The notes under the pieces are model-generated. The model was not told where the DNA came from. It did not search any database and saw nothing but the letters and a program-made list of their open reading frames with translations. A program made the translations under genes and the position numbers. This document shows, piece by piece, positions 28,167-34,357 of a stretch of DNA of 34,357 bases; the stretch's first letter is position 1; the number at the start of each line of letters is the position of its first letter. The stretch comes from Chloroflexota bacterium (GTDB lineage Bacteria; Chloroflexota; Anaerolineae; 4572-78): NCBI GenBank assembly GCA_024278725.1, contig JAJRSQ010000383.1, positions 1 to 34,357 of the forward strand, written 5' to 3'.

Positions 28167-28427
28167 TTACAAAGCGTGGATGGTTCCCGTTTCCACCACA
28201 TTCACCGGCACATTATCCAACATTTTGGGAATGATGTCTTTCTCTGCCAAATGTGATTCCGGTTCTTTGCGGGTGACGTTCACCATAATGGCAACAGTTT
28301 CGCCGCGTGGGGAGGGCATAAAACCCAGCCCCACGCCGACCACATTCTTTTTCCGCAGAAGCTCCGTTTCGTATTTTGTTTTGACGGCTTGCGCCTGTGC
28401 CAGCGCATCGCCCAAGGAATCGTTCAT
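28167..28427 (-). CDS. 86-aa stand-alone paralogue of the protease N-terminal (prodomain-like) region
   Basis: MNDSLGD...LLRKKNVVGVGLGF...VAIMVNVTRKEPESHLAEKDIIPKMLDNVPVNVVETGTIHAL aligns by eye with residues 20-85 or so of the downstream protease, at roughly half identical positions. An SD-like GGACGGA lies upstream of the ATG. Confidence 0.6.
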   Translation of the reverse strand: MNDSLGDALAQAQAVKTKYETELLRKKNVVGVGLGFMPSPRGETVAIMVNVTRKEPESHLAEKDIIPKMLDNVPVNVVETGTIHAL

Positions 28428-28455
28428 TTGTCCGTCCGTTTGGCGCACACCCCGG

Positions 28456-29142
28456 TTACAGTTCCAGCGAGCCGCCGGGGTCGAGCACGGCAACTTTCGC
28501 CTCGGTGGCTTTTTCCACCCGCGATTTCCATGCGTGGGCATCCTGTTCGATGAGGGGCCAAGTGTTGTAATGGCATGGCACCACCGTTTTCGGGGAGAGC
28601 CGTTTGACCGCCAGCAGCGCATCATCGGGACCCATCGTGAAATTATCGCCGATGGGAATCACCGCCAAATCCAGCCCTTCGTTGCCGTAGAGCAGCATAC
28701 CGGGGAACAATCCGGTGTCGCAGGCAAAATAGAGCTTTTTGCCATCGGTGGTGATGAGGAAACCGGCGGGACTGCCGCCGTCGCTCCCGTCGGGCAATTG
28801 CGAGCCGTGGTGGGCGATGGTCAACTTCACGTACCCGAAGGGGTGGTTGAATCCGCCGCCGATGTGCTGGGCGTGAATTTGTGATTCGGGGATGCCCTGT
28901 TTTCCCAGCCAGCCGCAAATCTCAAAATTGCTGATGACGGTCGCGCCCGTCCGTTTCGCCAGCGACACCGCATCGGCAATGTGGTCGAAGTGCCCGTGCG
29001 ACACCAGAATGTAATCTGCCGCCACATCATCCACCGAAACATCGGTTGCCGGATTGTCGCCGAAGAATGGATCAATCACCACTTTTGTACCGTTTATATC
29101 CAATAGATGGGTTCCATGTCCGATAAAGGTATATTTAATCAT
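28456..29142 (-). CDS. UPF0173-type metallo-beta-lactamase-fold hydrolase
   Basis: Motifs MIKYTFIGHGTHLLD, VSHGHFDH and VVPCHYNT match the MBL-fold UPF0173 family pattern. An AAGGAG SD lies 8 nt upstream. Confidence 0.8.
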   Translation of the reverse strand: MIKYTFIGHGTHLLDINGTKVVIDPFFGDNPATDVSVDDVAADYILVSHGHFDHIADAVSLAKRTGATVISNFEICGWLGKQGIPESQIHAQHIGGGFNHPFGYVKLTIAHHGSQLPDGSDGGSPAGFLITTDGKKLYFACDTGLFPGMLLYGNEGLDLAVIPIGDNFTMGPDDALLAVKRLSPKTVVPCHYNTWPLIEQDAHAWKSRVEKATEAKVAVLDPGGSLEL

Positions 29143-29259
29143 CGCTCAATCTCCTTTGACTCAGAACAGATTTTTGATGGTTTAAAATAGTATAAGAGAC
29201 TGCGCGCTCGCTGTCAATAAAAAATTTAGGCTCAATTAGAATCCAGGGGATTTGTAAAA

Positions 29260-29367
29260 TGTCATTGCGAGGCGCGTTTTTTGCGCCGAAGCAATCTCTG
29301 TCATTGAAGCGCGGAGATTGCTTACCCCGTTGGGGCACAGGTCGGCATTGCACGCCTCGCAATGACA
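29260..29367. repeat. REP/MITE-like nested palindromic element (GTCATTGCGAGG...GAAGCAATCTC type)
   Basis: The outer inverted repeat GTCATTGCGAGGCG (29261-29274) pairs with CGCCTCGCAATGAC (29353-29366). It encloses three hairpins: GGCGC-GTTTTTT-GCGCC, AAGCAATCTC...GAGATTGCTT and CCCC-GTT-GGGG. Confidence 0.6.
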
Positions 29368-29420
29368 CTTGCGCATCTTGTCAGTCAATTTGAGCCACTA
29401 CCAAAAATTTAAGAAGACAC

Positions 29421-29449
29421 TTATCGATTCGATAACCATGTGATACAAT
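29421..29449 (+). promoter_or_regulatory. Perfect 15-bp palindrome (TTATCGA-T-TCGATAA) at the -35 position plus the extended -10 TGATACAAT
   Basis: The palindrome lies at 29421-29435 and TGATACAAT at 29441-29449. ATG 29458 is 9 nt after the -10 box, so the transcript is leaderless or nearly so. Confidence 0.45.
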
Positions 29450-29457
29450 GTTTCTAA

Positions 29458-30816
29458 ATGACAAATGATGAATGCTACATGAACCCAAATATCTTTCGAC
29501 AATTCAGTATTCGCGGGAATGCCGAGCGGGATTTGCCCGACGAGGTGGTTTTCCGTATTGGGCAGGCGGTGGGCGCGCGCCTCGCCGCCGATGCCCCCGC
29601 GCCGATGCTGGTGGTGGGGCGCGACGTGCGCCGGAGTTCGCCGCGCATCAGCCAAACGTTCATCAGCGGACTGACCGCCACCGGCGCAACCGTGCTCGAT
29701 GTGGGGTTGGTTCCCACCCCTGTCCTCAACTTCGCCGTCGATTTTTTTCAGGCAAACGGCGGCATCATGGTTACGGCGAGTCACAATCCCCCCGCCGATA
29801 ACGGCTTTAAATTGCGGGATGACCATCGCACGCTGACGGGCGATGCGCTGCAAGCCCTGTATCGCCGAGCGCGGACGGGCGATTTTCCGCAGGGAGAAGG
29901 GATGTCTATGCCGCGTGACGCGCTGATGCCCTATTTGGACGCGCTGGAACGGCGCGTGATGCCCGGTCGCCCGTTGAAAATTGTGGTGGATGGCGGCAAC
30001 GGAGCGAATGGCGCGGTGGTCTCGGCGTTTTTGCGCGGACGGGGGCACACGGTCATCGAAGTTTTCACCGGGCTGGATGGCACCTTCCCCAACCGCAACC
30101 CCGACCCCACCGCCGAAGATGCGCTCGCGGCGGCGGTGGATGCGGTGCGGAAAAACAACGCCGATTGCGGCTTTGCCTTCGATGGCGATGGCGACCGGGT
30201 GGCGTTGATTGACGACCGGGGCGGCGTCCATTTCGGCGATGTGATTCTCATGCTGCTGGCGCGGCAGATGGCGACGCAGGTCGGCGCGGTAACGGTGGTG
30301 TATGATGCATCCAGCACCCGCGCGCTGGCGGATGATGTCGCGGCGCACGGCGGCACGGCGCTCGCCGCGCCGGTGGGGTACGCCTTTGTGCACGAAAAGA
30401 TGAAAGAAGTCGGGGCGCAACTCGGCGGGGAATCGGCGGGGCATATCTTCATTTTGGACGACGAATTCCGCTTTGATGACGCGATTTTGGCGGCGGTGCA
30501 TTTGTTGAACCTGCTGGCGGGGCAATCGCGCCCCCTTTCTGCGCTGATTGCCGATTTGCCGCGCTACCACACTTCGCCCAACTATCGCCTGGCGTGCCCG
30601 GACGACCGGAAATCGGCGGTGATTGCGCGGCTCAAATCGCATTTCAGCGCATTTCCGCAGGACGATATTGACGGCGTGAAAATCTTTTTCGAGCATGGTT
30701 GGGCGCTGGTGCGTCCCTCAAACACCCAACCCGCGCTCAGTTGGCGCGTCGAAGGGGAAACGGCGGATGATTTAACGGAAATCACCGCCATCATCCAAAA
30801 AGCATTGAATGAATGA
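29458..30816 (+). CDS. Phosphomannomutase/phosphoglucomutase (alpha-D-phosphohexomutase family)
   Basis: The active-site loop is TASHNPPADNGFK and the metal loop is FDGDGDR. GESAGH is also present. An alternative start is ATG 29479 (MNPNIFRQFSIRG). Confidence 0.88.
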   Translation: MTNDECYMNPNIFRQFSIRGNAERDLPDEVVFRIGQAVGARLAADAPAPMLVVGRDVRRSSPRISQTFISGLTATGATVLDVGLVPTPVLNFAVDFFQANGGIMVTASHNPPADNGFKLRDDHRTLTGDALQALYRRARTGDFPQGEGMSMPRDALMPYLDALERRVMPGRPLKIVVDGGNGANGAVVSAFLRGRGHTVIEVFTGLDGTFPNRNPDPTAEDALAAAVDAVRKNNADCGFAFDGDGDRVALIDDRGGVHFGDVILMLLARQMATQVGAVTVVYDASSTRALADDVAAHGGTALAAPVGYAFVHEKMKEVGAQLGGESAGHIFILDDEFRFDDAILAAVHLLNLLAGQSRPLSALIADLPRYHTSPNYRLACPDDRKSAVIARLKSHFSAFPQDDIDGVKIFFEHGWALVRPSNTQPALSWRVEGETADDLTEITAIIQKALNE

Positions 30817-31795
30817 AACTTCCGGAGAGAATGTGACGGCACCCACCCCAACGTTGTACAAAAAGATGAACTATCGTGACATCACGGATATGAATCGCCG
30901 GATTTTGACGCTTCTGCCGTGTTTGCCCGCCGATGTGGATGTGGTGGTGGGGATACCGCGCAGCGGGATGCTTCCCGCTGCGATTCTTTCACTTCATTTA
31001 AATTGCCTGCTGGCGGATGTGCATGGGTTTTTGGACGGGCGGGTCTTGGCGAATGGTCCTCGGTATAACCATGCCCGAAAAGAAAAAACCGCGCCCCGAA
31101 AAATCCTGATTGTTGACGATTTTGTCAGCACCGGCGCCCAGTTGCAGCAGGTGAAAAACATTGTTCAAGCCGCTTCATTGCCCCATGAAGTTTTTTACGC
31201 TTCGATTTTTGTGGCGCAAAAAACAAAACAGATGGTGGATTTTTTCGCCGAAGTGTTGAAGGGACCGACCATCTTCGAGTGGAATTTGCTGCATCACGAC
31301 TATTTCATTCCGCATGGATGTGTTGCGATGGAGGATGTGCTTTGCCCCGCGCCCGACCCGGACGAACTCAGCTCCGCCCGGAAATATGAGCAATTCATCG
31401 CCGCCGCTGAACCCTGGTTTCTGCCGAGTCAGCCCATCGGGTGGCTTGTTACCGAGCGTCCGCAAAAATACAGAACGCAGACAGAGGCATGGCTCGCTCG
31501 GCACGGCGTGAAATACAAACAATTAATCATGCGCGAGGAGCAAAGCTTTGATGCGGCAACCTTCAAAGCAGAAATTTATACCGAAACGGACTCGGTTTTT
31601 TTTGTAGAGGGAAAATTGTCGCAAGCGATTGCGATTGCCGACCAAACCGGAAAATTCGTTTATTGCATGGAGACCAGAGAATTGATACAACCCAAATCCA
31701 CGGTGCGGTATCAGCGTATTGCGAAAGATGCCGCCCCCCGTTTCACTCAACTGATTAAAAAAATGTGCAAACAAATCATTGCACCGAGGGCTTGA
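30809..31795 (+). CDS. Type I phosphoribosyltransferase-like domain fused to a HAD/NT5C-like C-terminal domain (hypothetical)
   Basis: The PRPP-loop-like motif is ILIVDDFVSTGAQL. The C-terminal half (CVAMEDVLC...KAEIYTETDSVFFVEG) loosely resembles 5'(3')-deoxyribonucleotidase-type HAD motifs but with a non-canonical motif I. The start is uncertain (30809 or ATG 30866). GC content is mosaic: hand-counted lines give 37-38% and 60%. Confidence 0.5.
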   Translation: MNETSGENVTAPTPTLYKKMNYRDITDMNRRILTLLPCLPADVDVVVGIPRSGMLPAAILSLHLNCLLADVHGFLDGRVLANGPRYNHARKEKTAPRKILIVDDFVSTGAQLQQVKNIVQAASLPHEVFYASIFVAQKTKQMVDFFAEVLKGPTIFEWNLLHHDYFIPHGCVAMEDVLCPAPDPDELSSARKYEQFIAAAEPWFLPSQPIGWLVTERPQKYRTQTEAWLARHGVKYKQLIMREEQSFDAATFKAEIYTETDSVFFVEGKLSQAIAIADQTGKFVYCMETRELIQPKSTVRYQRIAKDAAPRFTQLIKKMCKQIIAPRA

Positions 31796-31883
31796 GCATG
31801 ACCGGCACAACAAATTTTTCGGTAGGTGCTGCATTGACCGGGTATTTTAGGAAGAACAGTGGGTTGGTTATATCGGTGATGGG

Positions 31884-32711
31884 TTATTTTTCAAGCAGTC
31901 TTAATTGAGCGGATGTCTTTTCAGATAATAGTTGTCGATATTGCAATCGATATTCAGGGCGAATCGCCCCGTTGTTGTTCAATCTATCAAGTATCATTTG
32001 GTAATATTCAGGATGTATTTCACAAGAGATGAAATTTCGTTCCAATTGTTGGCATAACACTAGTTCTGAGCCGGATCCTCCAAATAGTATGAAAACGTCG
32101 TCACCTTTTTGGGTGGAAGCTTTTATCAACATTTCTACCAATGGCAAAGGAATTTGCGCTGCATGGAAGGTTTTATCTTTTGACACATTTTTTACCAAGT
32201 CAAAATAAAACCAACTATAAGGCATTCGACCTTTGTGTCCGGCAGCAATGCGTTGGCGGATACGTTTGTCGGTTGGGTTTTTATAGGGCTGAACTACATT
32301 TTCTTTGAAAAATCGATTGTTTTTTGTTTTTGTGGCGTGCAGGATAGAACGATGGGCAGTGGTAAATTTTTTTCTGCTGTGCCCCACATTTGTGTTGTAA
32401 ACCCAAACATAATCATGCACGGCACAGGCGGCATCATCCAGATATTTTACGCGCAACCATGCATTTTGTTTAGGATAGTTGAGCATAAACAAATTGCCGG
32501 TGGGTTTTAAAATGCGCATACATTCTTTCGTCAGATCAACGTACCATGCAATGTATTCATCCCATTTTTGGGTGTAATTTTTCCCCGCATAATTGATTCC
32601 TACATTGTAATCAGGGTCTCCATAGATAGTATCTATTGAATTATCGGGCAGACGTTTCAAGACCTGCATCACATCTTCATTGAAAACGTGGTTTCTAAAC
32701 TCTGAAAGCAT
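31884..32711 (-). CDS. Beta-class N6-adenine/N4-cytosine DNA methyltransferase (type II R-M)
   Basis: Motif IV-like GDPDYN lies near the N-terminus and motif I-like FGGSGSE near the C-terminus, the circular-permuted beta order of the N6_N4_Mtase family. The gene is AT-rich, and an AGGAG SD overlaps the upstream stop. Confidence 0.8.
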   Translation of the reverse strand: MLSEFRNHVFNEDVMQVLKRLPDNSIDTIYGDPDYNVGINYAGKNYTQKWDEYIAWYVDLTKECMRILKPTGNLFMLNYPKQNAWLRVKYLDDAACAVHDYVWVYNTNVGHSRKKFTTAHRSILHATKTKNNRFFKENVVQPYKNPTDKRIRQRIAAGHKGRMPYSWFYFDLVKNVSKDKTFHAAQIPLPLVEMLIKASTQKGDDVFILFGGSGSELVLCQQLERNFISCEIHPEYYQMILDRLNNNGAIRPEYRLQYRQLLSEKTSAQLRLLEK

Positions 32712-32719
32712 AATTACTC

Positions 32720-33490
32720 CTACACGAGCATATATTCTGCATTTTTCAGTAATTTTATCGAACTCATATCCAAGGGGTTGGAGAATGTATAAAGAAATAT
32801 CCTCAAAACAGTGATTCCATCAATATGGTGGCGCAACAAATAACAACCGTTAGTGATTTTTATATTCAGTTTGTTGGCTTGTTGAAGCGTGTGATAATAT
32901 AAAAATGGATGATATAGTTGATAAACGGCAAAATCATCCGGAAATTTATTTTTCCCTTCCAATGTCGTTACGACGCCATCTGCTTCCATCGTCATATCAA
33001 TTTCCATTTGCAGGTTGGTCGCAACAATGTGGGTGGTATTGATATTATACTCGAATGACATTTTTGTGCGGCGAGGAAAATACACGTTCACCGATTTGTC
33101 TTCATCGCCATATAAAAAATGATGAATGATCCGTTGGTTGTTGACGACAGATAAGATATTCGATTCACTGGTGTCAAATTCGTTCAAAATGCTTTTTCGA
33201 TAATGCCATCGAAATTTATTTTCAGGGGGGATAGGTTCAAATTTGTGAAATCCGTTGTTGATGCCTTTTACAAATTGATGGTATCCATTTCCAATATGGA
33301 TGAGAAAATAATCCAGGTCTTTCATCAGAGATGGAAATTTTGAAGTATCGTCTAACTTGGTGGCATCAAACGGGTTACCAAAGCCGTATTTCAAACTGAC
33401 TTTTTTGACCAAATCGTTGTGAAAAATAAAATCGTTTTTAGACAGGCAGTATTGCAAAAGTTCTGTGGCGACCTGCTGTTTTTTACTCAT
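32720..33490 (-). CDS. Putative cognate type II restriction endonuclease (PD-(D/E)xK-like)
   Basis: 256-aa AT-rich ORF ending 8 nt upstream of the methyltransferase. EIDMTMEADGVVTTLEGK offers a D...ExK-type catalytic candidate. I recognise no other family. ATG 33490 is preferred over TTG 33493. Confidence 0.5.
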   Translation of the reverse strand: MSKKQQVATELLQYCLSKNDFIFHNDLVKKVSLKYGFGNPFDATKLDDTSKFPSLMKDLDYFLIHIGNGYHQFVKGINNGFHKFEPIPPENKFRWHYRKSILNEFDTSESNILSVVNNQRIIHHFLYGDEDKSVNVYFPRRTKMSFEYNINTTHIVATNLQMEIDMTMEADGVVTTLEGKNKFPDDFAVYQLYHPFLYYHTLQQANKLNIKITNGCYLLRHHIDGITVLRIFLYTFSNPLDMSSIKLLKNAEYMLV

Positions 33491-33547
33491 CAAAATTGCT
33501 CTCTATTAAGGTGACGTGTAAATATATTTTACGGATTTTCACGAACT

Positions 33548-34324
33548 GTGCAATTTCATTTTTATGGAGAGCAGAAAGAAGGTACTATATTGTATCTTTC
33601 CGTTATCATTCTCGCGGCGGGGAAGGGAACCCGCATGCAATCCGACCTGCCGAAGGTGCTGCACCGGCTGGGCGGGAAACCGTTGGTGCAGCATGTGATT
33701 GACACCGTGCGGACGCTCAACCCCGCCGAAATTGTGCTGGTGGTCGGACATCGCGCCGAGCTGGTGCGCGAAAAAATCGGCGGGGGCGTGCGCTATGCCT
33801 TGCAGGCGGAACAACTCGGCACGGGGCACGCGGTGATGCAGGCAAAAGACGCGCTGGAGCATCGACGCGGGGATGTGCTGATTCTGTACGGCGATATGCC
33901 GCTCATCTCCGCCGCCACGCTGGAAAAACTGGTGGCGGCGCAGGCGGCGAACCCCCATCCGCTGACCATGCTCACCGTCACCGCCGACAATCCGCGCGGC
34001 TTTGGGCGCATTGTGCGCGATAGTGCCGGAAATGTCATCGCCATTGTGGAAGAAGCAGACTGCACGCCCGAACAGTTGGCAATCACCGAGCTGAACACCG
34101 GCGTGTACTGCATTCGCGCCGGTTGGCTGTGGGATACGCTGCCCAAAATCACCCTCAGCCCGAAGGGGGAATATTACCTCACCGATTTGGTGGCGCTTGC
34201 CGTGGCGGACGGGCATACGGTGCGCGCGCTCACCACCGATAATTTATCGGAAACAATGGGTATTAATACGCCGCAACATCTGGCGGAAGCGGAACAACAA
34301 TTAAAAATGAAAAATGAAAAATGA
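33548..34324 (+). CDS. glmU: GlmU N-terminal (UDP-GlcNAc pyrophosphorylase) domain only; ORF ends at the domain junction
   Basis: Motifs LAAGKGTRM, KVLH..GGKPLV, QAEQLGTGHA, LYGDMPL and GEYYLTD match the GlmU uridyltransferase domain. No left-handed beta-helix acetyltransferase domain follows in frame. The likely start is TTG 33590 (AAGAAGG SD-like element upstream) or GTG 33548. Confidence 0.8.
   Translation: MQFHFYGEQKEGTILYLSVIILAAGKGTRMQSDLPKVLHRLGGKPLVQHVIDTVRTLNPAEIVLVVGHRAELVREKIGGGVRYALQAEQLGTGHAVMQAKDALEHRRGDVLILYGDMPLISAATLEKLVAAQAANPHPLTMLTVTADNPRGFGRIVRDSAGNVIAIVEEADCTPEQLAITELNTGVYCIRAGWLWDTLPKITLSPKGEYYLTDLVALAVADGHTVRALTTDNLSETMGINTPQHLAEAEQQLKMKNEK
34303..34323 (+). repeat. 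Perfect tandem heptanucleotide repeat (AAAAATG)x3 spanning the glmU stop codon
   Basis: The units lie at 34303-34309, 34310-34316 and 34317-34323. The stop TGA at 34322-34324 is formed at the end of unit 3. Confidence 0.9.
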
Positions 34325-34357
34325 ATTTTCTCCCGAAATCTATTTTGACCTGACAAA

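Noticed and set aside
27964-28884. 306-aa plus-strand ORF spanning three minus-strand genes
   Set aside because: It crosses the protease 5' end, the small prodomain ORF and the MBL hydrolase on the opposite strand, including their intergenic gaps. It has no family similarity.
29260-29367. The cloverleaf-like fold considered as a tRNA or tmRNA-like gene
   Set aside because: At 107 nt it is too long for a tRNA. It lacks the conserved GTTCGAATC-type T-loop, the D-loop GG and acceptor/CCA geometry, and its arms are perfect long palindromes typical of repeat elements.
29135-29368. 77-aa minus-strand ORF (MSLRGVQCRPVPQRGKQSPRFNDRDCFGAKNAPRNDI...)
   Set aside because: It is the translation of the palindromic REP/MITE-like element. 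Peptides of this kind are a known annotation artefact of that repeat type. It has no SD and overlaps the MBL gene start.
29398-30696. 432-aa minus-strand ORF
   Set aside because: It lies antisense to the phosphomannomutase gene, which carries unambiguous active-site motifs. The antisense translation is Arg/His-rich low complexity.
33518-33532. AT-rich dyad GTAAA-TATAT-TTTAC upstream of the restriction gene, considered as a C-box-like operator
   Set aside because: It has only 5-bp arms in very AT-rich DNA, and no controller (C) protein gene is present in the cassette, so it is likely chance.

Overview
This is a GC-rich bacterial chromosomal segment (hand-counted flank lines are about 60% GC), coded densely on both strands with many ATGA or 4-nt gene overlaps. 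The gene content, the apparently leaderless promoters and a GTCATTGCGAGG-type palindromic element suggest a Chloroflexota-like organism, but I cannot verify taxonomy from the sequence.

I support about 31 protein genes:
- a pucR-like / HD / Nudix / tsaD operon
- an Lrp/AsnC gene interrupted by one in-frame TAA
- a TgpA-like transglutaminase, a metallophosphoesterase and an AI-2E permease
- a 1131-aa SHOCT-like / W-repeat / LysM / TolB-propeller membrane protein
- an alkaline-phosphatase-superfamily membrane protein plus rfbD
- a V4R protein -> REC/degenerate-GGDEF -> M20 peptidase operon
- ftsH and a DUF368 protein
- a signalling cluster: degenerate-cyclase STAND-type NTPase, GAF-GAF-PAS histidine kinase, SAM methyltransferase and a CheY-like regulator
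- an MBL hydrolase -> 86-aa prodomain paralogue -> S1 serine protease operon
- a phosphomannomutase and a PRTase-fusion protein
- a low-GC type II restriction-modification pair
- a GlmU uridyltransferase domain that terminates inside an (AAAAATG)x3 repeat

I found no rRNA, tRNA, CRISPR array, transposase or integrase.

The most unusual items are:
- a candidate CU-rich small RNA with anti-SD motifs, bracketed by a consensus promoter and an intrinsic terminator (3997-4113)
- the protease / stand-alone-prodomain module (27133-29142)
- the heptamer repeat at the glmU domain junction (34303-34323)
- the split Lrp gene (4269-4751)
- four 11-bp phased repeats in the response-regulator promoter (26655-26699)
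- the low-GC accessory patch between manB-like and glmU (30809-33540)

All functional calls rest on motif recognition by eye. No database search was run.
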